Positions 46,831 to 58,933 of a stretch of DNA of 64,000 bases are shown here, piece after piece. The position numbers and the translations under genes were made by a program. Source of the DNA: the human T2T-CHM13v2.0 reference genome, Homo sapiens; assembly GCF_009914755.1 (NCBI RefSeq), contig NC_060929.1; one strand, 5' to 3'. Below the pieces are notes generated by a model. The model saw only the letters and a program-made list of their open reading frames with translations, did not search any database and had not been told where the DNA came from. Within the stretch, counting starts at the first letter, position 1. Every line of letters starts with the position of its first letter.

Positions 46831-48324
46831 TCAAAATAAGAACAATAAAATTCAATAGGGAGCAGTACAAGGTTATATAATTTGGAAGGAATGCATATAA
46901 ATATATAGCAGATTACTCGTTAAACTTTCATTAGCCAAAAATTGCTTAAAACGTTCTTTTCATATGTTTGCAGGGCTACTGCCTTCCTAGAGGTTTCAAA
47001 TGAAGTGCTACCTATTACAAAAGGCTTCTCCACCCCCATAACATTTTTTTTCTCCACAGCTTTTACCTCAATCTGATACCTTGTTTACTGGTTCACTGTC
47101 TATTTTTTCCACTAGAATGTAAGCTATATGAGGTCGGTTACCCCAATACCTAGAACATTGTTTTAAATAATTGATTTCACGATGTAGCATTGTTGCTTAC
47201 AAATAAAACTGAGAATGTTTGAAGGAATTATGAAATAATTTAAATCCTGGATATTTGTGAAGCTCATAGTAAAGTGCCAAACTGTTGAAGTATGTTTTGA
47301 AAGTGGTGAGATACCCTAGTAGGAAGAGGTCTAAAAGATTAGTAAGATGTTTTGGGAAAGGTTAAAATAATTGTAGTTATCGTGTTAATGAGAGAAGACT
47401 AGTTACTTAATGATTTCCAACTTCGTAAAAGTATTTACAGGAAAGTCGTGATTCATCATTTTCATTGATAAAAAGAATTAGTCCTAGGCCGTAGGTGCTA
47501 CGATTTAAGATAAGAGCAAGCTAGACTAGAGATCTAAATAGAGATCTTTGAAAATGGGATAAGAGTGTATACGCAGACTAGATGCCCTCACTAGATACTT
47601 TCCAGCCTGTGATTCCAAACGCAGATTGTGGGAGAAAGATTAGATAGCAGGTGCTTCTGTTGTTGATAATTCCTTGCTACCCATGGCCATTGCCATTTTA
47701 AAACCAATTCAGTGTGTTTTTTGAGCGTAGTCAATATAGGTGATTATATATTGCTGTTTTGGGTAGTTTATATTTGTTGACATAATACTGAAAATTGGAT
47801 GTGTGCTTTTTTAACTCCAAGACTTCATATTTACAATGCTTAATCTCCAGAATGCCACCATACATGTACATGCTGCAAACTAATTCCCTGTAGTTAGCAG
47901 CCATCCTTTTGGAGGAGTAAAATGTCCAGTAAATCTGAAGCCTTGGGTTGTAGTCCTGCTAAAATCGTAAGAGACCCTAAACTTTCTGGCTGAAACTAGA
48001 GGATCAAATATTAGGCCTGTCCCTATATGATTTTTAGCTATGTCAAGTAACTTTTTATTTCTGTACTGGGTTCTCCTAGCCATTAAATTAGAATTGCTAT
48101 CCCATTGGGAAGACTAATTCACGTTTAAGAAGCCTTCAGTGTAAAAGCTTTGTATTGCAAAAGCAGCCCCTAGCACGATTGCCTTCACCAAGTAGCATTT
48201 TAATTTAGACCTTCTACCTTCACCTAAGCTAACTGCTTAAAGTAACCATGCAAAAATTTTTAACTGCATTTGCAATATGATGTTGTCAAGGGTATTGTCC
48301 TCTGTGTCATATTGTGCCCTTTTA

Positions 48325-48463
48325 CTTTTTTATTTTTTAATTTTATTAGAGATGGGGTCTTGCTGTGTTGCCAGGGCTGGTCTCAAACTCCTGGCCTCAA
48401 ACAATCCTCCTGCCTCAGCCTCCCAAAGTGCTTGGATTACAGGCGTGAGCCACCACACCCAGC
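48325..48463 (-). mobile_element. FLAM / Alu monomer (similar monomers at 49822-49960 + and 60320-60453 -)
   Basis: Single left-arm Alu sequence. Confidence 0.85.
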
Positions 48464-50554
48464 CTCAGTGTCCTTTATATAAAGTCCCATGTAAGATATA
48501 TTAGTAAGTGATTCTTAGAATAGTTTCGGAAGCCACTTTTTGATAGTGAAAATTTTGTCAGGAAGCTCAAGCCAAATTTGAAATGCACGTTTAACGGTCA
48601 TCCTAACCTGCATACTTGCATTTCTTTTTAAATATGCTTTTCCTAGAACAGATATCCTTTATCATTATTGTATATGTTCACGTAGGAAGACATCGCAATC
48701 CTTTGTGAAATAATGTGGGGTACAGGTTGCCTGTAGGTAAAGTGTTTGAATCTCAGAAGTTTACATAGAGACCCCTGATATGTAACAGGTAGTTACAAGT
48801 AAAATTCTCCCATTGATCCAAATTTTTATGTTTATTTTTAAATCTCATAACTATTCAGAACCATTAGTTTTCATTCAGAACTGTGGAACGTAAGAAATCA
48901 TTTGGAATTGCATCCCAAAGTCTAATTCTAAAAGCTAGTTTGTGTCTTTAAAAAGCTTTCAGAGTATAATGTGTATATTTGGAATCTACTTTAAAAAGTG
49001 AACAAAAATTTAATGATACCAGGCTATAAATATAGTTTCCTAAACCATCAGTTACACATCCTGGTCCCTCACTTAAAGACATCCTGGTCCCAAATTTTTA
49101 GTTGCATCTGCTGAGTTCAGTTTATGTTTTTAGGCTTCCTGGCTTAAAGTAAGGAAGTAGAGCAATCTGAAATCAGAAACTCCATTCTGTTTCATATATG
49201 TCTTCTTGAAGTAGGGTAAGTAATACTGGCAAGTTTGATGAGTTTCTGGAGGCTTTGAATTTGAAGTTTTCCTAAATTTTTAGATTTGCCCTTGACCAAC
49301 TAATTCTCCACTCTCTGTAATAAGCAGATAATAATAATTCCTGCCTTCAGACAGAAAGTTGGACCAATTTTTTTTTATTTTTTTTTTTATCTCTAGGTTT
49401 TAATATTCTGTTGTAGGACTATGCCACAGTTGTAGAGTTGTACTGTTAATGAATATAGGTGTATAGGAATCTGATGTAATCTCTAGTTCTGGGTTCATAT
49501 TTTATCTCATTATGTGGGTCAAGGAAACTTTATTTTTGTGCCTAGATTCCTATATCCATAAAATAGTATTAATAATACCTGTTTATTGTGATACTAATTA
49601 ATAAACATGTAACTTCCTTTTGATAATAAAAAGGTTGTATTCTGTAGAATTCATTTGTAAGATGATTGTTGGGAGCTTACACAGATTATCATGTAATTAA
49701 TACTATAAATAGTAGCTAAGTTCCTCACTTAGCCTGTAAATGCAGATTTGACACACAGCCTAAGTGGAAATAGTGCCTCTGTGTAAAAATGGTAGAAATT
49801 TTAATACTGGTAGTAAATAGTGGCCAGACATGGTGGCTCACGCCTGTAGTCTCAGCACCTTGGGAGGCCGAGGCAGGAGGATCCCTTGAACCCAAGAGTT
49901 CAAGACCAGCCTAGGAAACAGGGTGAGACTTCCTATCTCAAAACCATAAATAAATAAATTAATGAAATTTTTTAAATAGCAAAAATTCAATGAATTTTTG
50001 ATTGCCTTGTACCACAGTATGATTTTGTAAAGAGTTATAGAAAATGAATTTGTCTTGGTCCTTTTTTTCAAACTTTTATACCCTGGAAGGTATGAATGCT
50101 TTGTCAGCACTTTTTGGACCACTTTACCATATATGTAGCATTGCATATATGCAATACGTATATGCAATCATATATGTAGTACAGGAATCACTTTTTGTTG
50201 CATCTGTCTTCAAATCTGCTAATCCTTTTATACCACAGAGAACTCAAAGCTACACATGGGCCTATAAATTATTCATGCATGTATGTAATGCATATGGAAT
50301 ATAGTCCTATACATTAACTGTGATGTGCCCTCACCCTGTATCCCCCACATTATTATCTGTAGAATGAGATACAAACTTCTTAGAGGATCCTAGAGATCCT
50401 ACTAGTCTGGCCCAGGCTCCTTACAAATCTTCTGCATGATAGATTTATTTCAGACCTCTTGTAATTCCAAGACATGTCTTCTGGTTCGGTGGTTGAGGGT
50501 ATAGACTCAAACCAAACTACCTGGTTTGAATCCCAGCTCTGCCTCTTGCTAGGA

Positions 50555-52830
50555 TGCTGCTGCTATGAGAATGTACCTCACAGACCCCCAACTACAGGGA
50601 GCTTACTTGGCCAAGGGCCCCAGCTGCTTGCTATGCTGTGAAATCCATCACTATGTTTGTGCTAAGACCTTGCTTTTCTCACAGTTCAGCAACTGAGCAT
50701 CATAGAGATTCTAGGAGACCCAAGACTCTTCTGATAGCCAGCTCAGGCTCAAGGACATCCCCATTGCTTTGCCAAGCCTTCCTTAGGCTACATGGCAGTC
50801 TGGTACACTTCCACACAACCTTCTTTCCCGCTCTCTTACATTTGGGGTCAGACTTGCATCCTAGTGTGATAGTCCACCAGTTCTTTCCCAGCTCCTTCCC
50901 TATCTTCTCTCACAGGTGTTTTCCCTAATAAAAAGTCTTGTACATTTAGTCCCATCTTGGCATCTACTTCTGGGGTGATAATATTGGAACAGTCCCATCC
51001 ATTACCTGACTGAGAAGATGCCACCTTAGTTGGTAGATGGAGCATTCATAGTCCCAGACATAACTTTGCAGCTTAATTGCTTAATTTCACCAGTGTTGAC
51101 TTGGAACCCTGTCCCAATAGAAGGAAATAATGGGGCTAAGTGTGATACAGGCATTTGAAAATGCTTGCAGAGACAGCAGAGTTGGCTGGTTATTGCTAAC
51201 TTAAACACTACAAGTGGAAAACAAGAAATGGGACTGTTAACAAGCAGTTAATAGCTAAGTATGAGAGGCTCTATGGTAACTTATAAAGAGGTCTTTATCA
51301 CCTATAGGACAGATTCAGTTGAACCACAGGTTCAAGAGCTAATTGTTAAGAGTCACAGAGCTCCAGAGACATTGGACCATTTAATATTTAGAATAGGCAG
51401 GTCTATTAATGTAGAGAAACCTGGGATCCTGAACATGGGATGGGGTCTGGATGGATGCCCCTGCAGCTCCCTCTGGACCTTCTGGTCTAACTAGTATGTC
51501 TGCTGTGCTGGAAGATACAGAAGCTTGCTGCCACAAGGCAGTAGCCCTTTCTCCCACCTTCTCCAACTTCCCCTACTTCCTTTCCTGGCTGCCAAGCCAG
51601 TAACTAAGATTAAATCCCAACATAACCCAGCTGGGACATGCTGACGTATTTGCAAGAACCAGGGGAGCACTCTTGGGATTGGATTTTAAGGGTGCTTGGG
51701 TCTGTGGACTAAGCTGTCTTAGGACAGCCAAGTAAAACACTGAAACTGCCTCCCACTCCTGCCAAGATAGTAAATCAGACACAATATTGTATCCTGGGGG
51801 AATGACGGAAATTAGTCCCACTATTTAAAACCTGAAGGATGGAGGAGTGGTGGTCCCAATCGTATCTTTTAATTTGCAGGCTGCTCCTTGAAACTGAATA
51901 GATCCTAGATGGTAACTATAGACTTCTACTAACTTAACCAAAGAATAACCCTGCTCTCACCTGCTGTGCTGGACTCATTGCTAGAGCAGATCAGTACAGA
52001 TACATGGTATGCAATCTTTGATTTGGTAAATGCATTTTATACCATTCCAGTTGGAAAACAGGATCAGAAATAGTTCACATTCATGTAGAACAGACAAAAA
52101 TATTCAGGCTGAGTTTTGCCTCAGCCTGTGTTAACTCTCACCCTCAGTCATAATATGAAGAACTCTGGACCATCTCATCCCTCAGAACACCACACTGATC
52201 CAGTTTATTGACAACATCCTACTTATAGGACAGGATGAGGAAGAGATAGCTAGTATGGTGAAGGCCTTGGTAAGATACCTGAATGCCAGAGGATGGGAGA
52301 TAAACACTGAAGATTCAGAGAACAGTCACATTAGTAAAGTTTTTAGAGGTCCAGTGCTCAGGGCAGTGTCGAGATATCCTCTCCGAAGTGAAAGACAAAT
52401 TGCTGCGTCTTACAGCCTCTATACCAATAAGGAAGTATAGCACTTGGTAGACCCCTTTGGGTTCTGGAGGCAACACATTCTACATCTAAGAGTAATGAGC
52501 CAGCTCCTCATATACCAAGTGACGTGGAAGGTCGCCAGCTCTGAATGGGGCCCAGAACAGGAAAGGGCTCTGCAACAGTTCCAGGCTTCAGGTGCAAGCA
52601 GCCCTGATACTTGGATCATATGACCCAGCAGACCCTAGTGTGTCAGTGGTGGGAAAAGATGCAGTGTGGAATTTATGGCAAGTCCAGTGGAAGAGTCATA
52701 ACATAGGCCCCTGGGATTCTGGAGCAAGGTGATAACGTCTGCAGCAGAGAATTGTATTCCCATTGAGAAACAGCTCTTCCATGTCACTGGCTGCTATAGA
52801 GACTGAATGCTTTACCATGGGACACTTAAA
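50555..52830 (+). mobile_element. ERVL remnant: 5' LTR (~50555-50975) plus decayed gag/pol interior
   Basis: LTR with AATAAA; pol peptides WYAIFDLVNAF (52005), LIQFIDNILL (decayed YIDD), FGFWRQHI, EWGPEQERALQQ, YDPADP, PLGFWSK. Confidence 0.88.
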
Positions 52831-52869
52831 CCTCCTCCTCCCTATCCTTGAGTGACTGACTTTCTAACT

Positions 52870-53535
52870 CAATATTTATTAGTTGACATTCTACTGAAAG
52901 AAAGCATTTTCCTTCCTCCCCCATTCATTTTTTCATTTGTTTATAACAGAATGGACTCATGGATTCTTAGTCAACAAATCAAATATTGTTACTGTTGTTA
53001 CTTATTTTGATGTTCTAACTGTCCCAGTTTTGACCAATGGGAACCCCAGGATGTCTATGTCCTTTACTTGTGTCCTCATCATTCTTTGGGGACTTTCTTG
53101 CTTTTTGGTACAAGATGTTCCAGGCTCAACTTGTACTATTCCCACTCTAGCCCTGCAATTGGCTATTTCTCCAAGGAGCTCTGCTTCCTTTCCACGTAGA
53201 ATGGTATTCAGGAACCAAGATCTACTGAGTGCCAGGTTTGCTCATTGCTACTGGTGTGTCATTGTGTGTAGTCCCTCTCAGCAGACGGATACATACAAAA
53301 ATACTTATATTTATTTCTAGCTACTAAAAACCATGAATTTGTACTGATACCTTCAACTCTAGTCAAATGCTGCTTTCTAGTTTCCCCCTTTTCCATATTT
53401 ATAACTCCTTTAACAGGAAGAAACCTGGCTGCCATTATCCTCAAAATATTTATGTATTTGCTCATGAATAGAATACACAGAAAGTAATTTTAGAATTGCT
53501 AACTCATACTACTGTGAAAAGAAAGCTTACTAGAT
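52870..53535 (-). mobile_element. L1MC-like 3' fragment
   Basis: tggtacaagatgttccaggctca...tttctccaaggagctctg, the reverse of the element at ~13600-13830. Confidence 0.7.
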
Positions 53536-54967
53536 TTTGGGGTGACGTGTTTCAATTGTCTTTCAATTTGGCAGCTGAAATGCCATCCTTTAAATAAGGT
53601 TAACATATTCAAACTTAAGCCCCAAATAACCCTATCTAGGCCATGAGAACTGGATGGTTCAGAGGCTTATTAAAAGGCCGTAGGGATTCAGCAATCTTTA
53701 GGTTACTAGCTTTAATCCTCACATCTACTGTAACTAACAGTGGTTGACACGGAATTGTTTATGTTGGCTAATAGTAGCTGATCATGGCTTTATCTTCCAG
53801 GTCTTAGTGATTAAAATCACATCACTGAGAATTGCCACCTCAGCTGAAGGAAAGGGCAGATTTCCCACAACGGTGCTGTTTAATCTTTTTAAAAGCAAAC
53901 TACAACAGATTGTTCATAAGTAATTTCTGTGCATGCAAAAAGTACTTAAAGCACAATTCTCAGTTACATCTAATAAGTGTGCAATATGATCATATCCTTT
54001 TTAAAATCCCATCAGGTTTTACAAGCTACAGATATTTTTGAACAAATATTTAGAAAATGATTCAAGGAAAAAGGTGCTATCAAAGGCAGTACTTTGAATC
54101 TGGAAGGCCAGTGCTTTCTCTCTGCACCAAAACCAAATTGATTTTAGGAGATGGCATTTTTTAGTTGGAATATAAATTCAGTTTAGGATTTTGTGTAAAT
54201 GTCCTGTCAACATCAGGTTTCAAGAGTGCAAGTCATTTGTGCCTTCATAAGGGTTTCTTTTCACTTTTAGTAGTTTGTGTCATTTTGCTAGATGTTGTTA
54301 AGCACTTTTAACTTGCATTCTTAGCATTAAATGGTAAGCACTCCACAGATGAATGAATCCTTTAGTATTGACAGGACCTTTGAGGAAGGCTTATAGTTAC
54401 TAATATCAGTATTCAGTGTTGTTCGGTACATTAGCTTGTCCCTCTAAAATGAGCAGTAAACTTAAAATTTATTACTGTCATCAGCTTAATATCAGTACAT
54501 CAACTTGCCTATTTTGCTTGATAGTTTACCTTTACATTTACTGTATCTGCTCTTTACTAAAACCAAATTTTGTGTTGAGTCCTTAAAGTGTCTGGCCTAT
54601 TTTCTATGAACTTGTATAACTAGGAAAATGTTAGGGAAAAGAAGAAGGAGCACTTTCAGTCTTTGGAAAGCACATTGACCTAATTCATAAGGCGATGTAA
54701 AGGCTGGAATTATGCAAGCTGGCCTGCCTTGATATTATCTTGTCTAAATGACCTTAAATTAATGCAGCTATAGTTGATTAAACAAAAATATAAATTTATT
54801 ATTAGAAAGTACACCTGTCAGTTTACTTTTATTTCATCTCTACCAAAGCGTATGACATTTGTTCTTCAAGGAAACCATTGATGTGCATGCTCCTAATTTT
54901 AAGACAGTGCAGTTGGGATTCCTTTAAGGTAGATTAGTTTTTAGGTAGAGTATCATCATTAAATGTC

Positions 54968-55481
54968 TGTGGTAGGCAGTGTCTAAGATGACTCCCAAAG
55001 ATACTGTCTTCCTTGTATTTGTGCCCTTGTATTATCCCCTCCTGTAGAGTTTGGGTTGGAGTTTTTGATAAACAGAATCTGGCAAAAAGCAATGGATGTC
55101 ATTTCCAGGTTATAGATAAACTCTGGCTTCCACCTTGCTCACCCCCTTGTTCTCTCACATGCTTACTTTAACGGAAGCCAGTTACCAGACTATGAGCTGC
55201 CCTGAAAGGCAGGAGAGCCAAAGAAAGCTTCTGGCCAACAGCCGGTGAGGAGCCCTGTCCTGCCAATAGCCACTCGAGTGAGCTCACATGCAAGCTCTCC
55301 TCCTCCCCACACCCAGCCTGGACTGACACCCCATGAATGCAGTCTTCAAGAAACCCTGAGCCAGAGGACCCACTAAGCTGTGCCCAGATTCCTGACCAAG
55401 AGACACTCTGAGAGAAGGGCTGGCTGTTTGAAGCTGCTAAATTTTGGGATAATTTGTTACCCAGCCATAGATAACTAACAC
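54968..55481 (+). mobile_element. MLT1 MaLR solo LTR
   Basis: tgtggtaggcag...ctaagatgactccc start; tttgggataatttgttac...atagataactaacaca end. Confidence 0.88.
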
Positions 55482-55572
55482 AATGTCCTTTAAAAAACAA
55501 AAAACAAAAGCCCATCAAACTTCCTGTTTTCTTGATAGGGCTTCAACTCACATTTGAGATCAATAGTTTTGC

Positions 55573-55750
55573 ACAGTGATTGTCAACCCCGGCTGTACAT
55601 TAGAATCACCTGGGCAGTTTTTTAAAACTACAAGTACCTGGGCTTCACGCCAAGCAATTCCACTTGAATTGGTCTGCAGTGGAGTCTGGGCCTCAGTATT
55701 TTTTTGAAGTTCCCCAGGTAATTCCAGTAGGCAAATGAGGAATCACTGAT
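55573..55750. mobile_element. MER5-type element (another at ~57858-58035); L2 follows at ~55770-56430
   Basis: cagtgattgtcaaccccggctgtacattagaatcacctggg...ttccccaggtaattc. Confidence 0.75.
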
Positions 55751-58700
55751 TTAACACAAGTGGACTCAGCACTTTCCAAGTCCTGGGTGTATTGAGCAGG
55801 ATATGGAGCTCCCTGTCGTAAGTAAGGCAAGAAGACTAACATGTAAGAAAGAAATTACAAGGTGATATAAGAAGCACAGAAGAGGAAACACCCAACTCAG
55901 CCTGATAAATCAGAAAAGGTTTGACAGAAAATATTAGGCCATTTCTTAAGCTTAAGTGTATCAAAAGCTAGTTAACAAGAACTTGGGAAAATAAACATTC
56001 CAGGCAGGGGAAAAGCAAGAGTACAGGCACACAGCTGTCAGAGAATAAGCAGGGAGATGGTATGCTCATGTTTGAGTAATAGGTCAGGAAAAAACTCCAG
56101 AGGGGTGAAAGATGAGGACACGACCTGTGGTGGTGGCGACCTGTGGTGGTGGCCAAAGGAATAGAGAGTAGGGGCGAATGAATTTGCTAGTCAGGATCTA
56201 CGATGGCTAGGATGTGGAGCGAGGCACTGAAACACAGAGGAGCCCGGAATGACTCCCAGTTCTGGTTTGCTGATTGTGTAGGTGGAAGACTAACTTTGGC
56301 AGCAAGTACGGGGGAAGCAAAAGCAGAAGACAGAGGGAAATGAACCCTCCATCTGAAACTGAAACAGTTCAGTTTTGGACCTGTTAAGTTTGAAGCCTCA
56401 GAATAAACAACTGGTGGCAGTTGGCCCTTGAAATGAAAACCCAGTTGCCATGTCACTTGCCAGAAGAGCACGTTCTTGTGGATGATTTGGTGTATTTGGA
56501 AATAATCGACAACTACCTTCTATTTTGGTGCTTTGGTGATTTGCAGTCAGCTTTCAATGAGACTGGGAAGATCTTGAGAATTAGCTGTCTTGACATTTGG
56601 AACACATTCCATTGCATTAAACCAAAGAAGCCTTTAAAACTGAACCATGCATGCTGCTTTTCACTATTTTTGTTCACTGGCTACGGTTCATTCCCACCAT
56701 ACTCTTCTCTTAGGTACCATTGCCCCACGTAAGCAGGTAATGCCTTGGTTTGCCCAGCTCTTGGTAGAATTTTGAACTGACAGCGGATTACATTGTGTCA
56801 TGAGGTGGGAAGGGCTGGGAAGGCAACATCCACATATCCCCATTATGATCTAGTCATTGTTTCCATTTCAAAGGAGCGATATATTCAGCTCAGCACTTCC
56901 GTCTATTTAAGATATGTTAGCTCCATGAATCAGAGTGAATCTACATATTCCCATTGTGAACCTGACATTGAAATATACGTTTTCCAGTTTCAATCTACTC
57001 ACCTGTTATGAGTGAAGCTTACCTTTAAAAAAAAAAAAAAAGGAGCAGAGATATTTAATATTCCCAATATTTGCTTTTGATGAACTGATACTTTTGAACT
57101 TTTAAAACTATTTTATGTCTTCTGTACTCACAGCTCGTATACCCCCACAAGAGTGGAGAAGCCACAGGGAAATACAACTGGTTCTTACTGTGAAAGGCAG
57201 GATTATGAGGTCTCGATATCAAGGCTGCCTAGAGGCTGGTATAAAAAAATGCTGATGTCCACATAACTTGTAACTCTTAAGTAAATCAAACCTGTAATTC
57301 AGCTTGGCTGCTTCTAAGTCATTTTGATTCCTGCCAACAGAACATTAATGAACTTAGCTTCTCCGCAAGTTTATTCATGTGTAATACCCAATTCCTTCTT
57401 CCTCGTTCCAGCAGTTGCCCCTGGTACATCTGATAAGGTGGAAAGCTAGACTAGGTCATACAAATCCAGGTCATTACTTAAACCCAGATTATTATAGACT
57501 GTTCTCTAATTTTTCTGTCTGGTTTTAGAGTGGCAAACAGAAGAAAGTTTCTAGGGCTTGGGTTTGGAAAAAAAATCCATACACTAATAATTCTTGTCTT
57601 GAAGAAACATTTTATAAAATTTAGCTTATTCTAATGCCTTTATATTTCCTACTTTTATTCTCCTTTTGACAATGATAAATAATTCAATTATATTGCAGTT
57701 TTGCTTTTGGATCTTGGTTTACCTCCATGGATTTACAGTGATGGGAATATTCTAGAACAAGTAGTCATCTAGATTTCCCCAAATGCCCTGAGACTGATAT
57801 AAGAAGCATACTAAAATGGACATGAACCTAATTTTTCGAAGTATAAAATAATATAAACCAGTTGTGACCAAACTTGCCTACAAATTAGAATTGCCTGGAG
57901 ATCTCTAAAATGCCAAAGCCCGGGACATATCCCAAACCAATTAAATCACTATTTCTCGAGGTGGGACACAGGCGTCAGGAGCGCTTTAACTCCCAGGATG
58001 ATTCCTATTTGTAGACAAGCTTAGGAACCACTGACCTAGACAACTGTGTTACTTGAGGATTCTAAGTCGGCACAGCTGTGGCGTGTTCACTACCCAGCCC
58101 TGCCCTTGGCATGATGTTCTCTCCTATCCAGCTTCTCCATCATCTTCCTCCACCTGATTCGTAGAGACCTCTGGACATCTGAGCCTAAGCAGGGCCACTA
58201 AATGAGAGAGAATCCCATCACTGAAAAGCAACAATGAATATATTAAGGACCACAGGTGGGTGTAAAATAGATTTTTGCAAATTTTGTGAATTGTTATTTG
58301 TTATATTTTTCCTGATAACAAAAGTTTTATGTCAAAGATTTTTGTCTTCCAGTTTTAGTTTCTTATGCAGTAGTTTTAGGAAACTCTGGTGTGCCAAGAT
58401 GATATTTTTTTTTCATGCTTGGGTGATTGTTTTAGAATTCCTTCTTTGAGTTCAAGAACATCTTTAAAATATCTAACTCAGGGGTATTATGTGTGTTGAG
58501 TGAGAATTGTCTATTTGCCTTCTTTAAAGAAACACAATTTGACACAAAGATAGGTATTAAAATTTTTATTTTCTGTGTATACACAGCACATTAGTTATTT
58601 ATTTAAGCAACCACTGGCTGTCCAAAAACTGAGGGAGGCATGATATAACACCGATTGTTTACCATAGCCTTTATCACAACTCAGAGCTCTAGCATTGTAC

Positions 58701-58880
58701 AAATAATCACATATTGTCTTAAAAAATTAAAAAACTAAAGTAATCCAATAAAATAATGATTTTGCTCTCTGTATCTTAGGAGAGATAGAAGAAATATTGC
58801 AACTGAAGCTGCTAGATGGTTATGATTATCTGAATAGGTGTGATCTTGACTTTAGCGAATTAACAGGTAAGCTTCTTACT

Positions 58881-58933
58881 ATGAGGTTGGTGCAAAAGTA
58901 ATTGTGGTTTTTGGTAATTGCACCAACCTAATA
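58881..58933. mobile_element. MADE1 (Hsmar1 MITE), internally deleted
   Basis: aggttggtgcaaaagtaattgtggttttt...ttgcaccaacctaata inverted termini. Confidence 0.88.

Noticed and set aside
50140-50155. Perfect 16-bp palindrome attgcatatatgcaat
   Set aside because: Sits in low-complexity (TA/CA)-rich sequence where such palindromes arise easily
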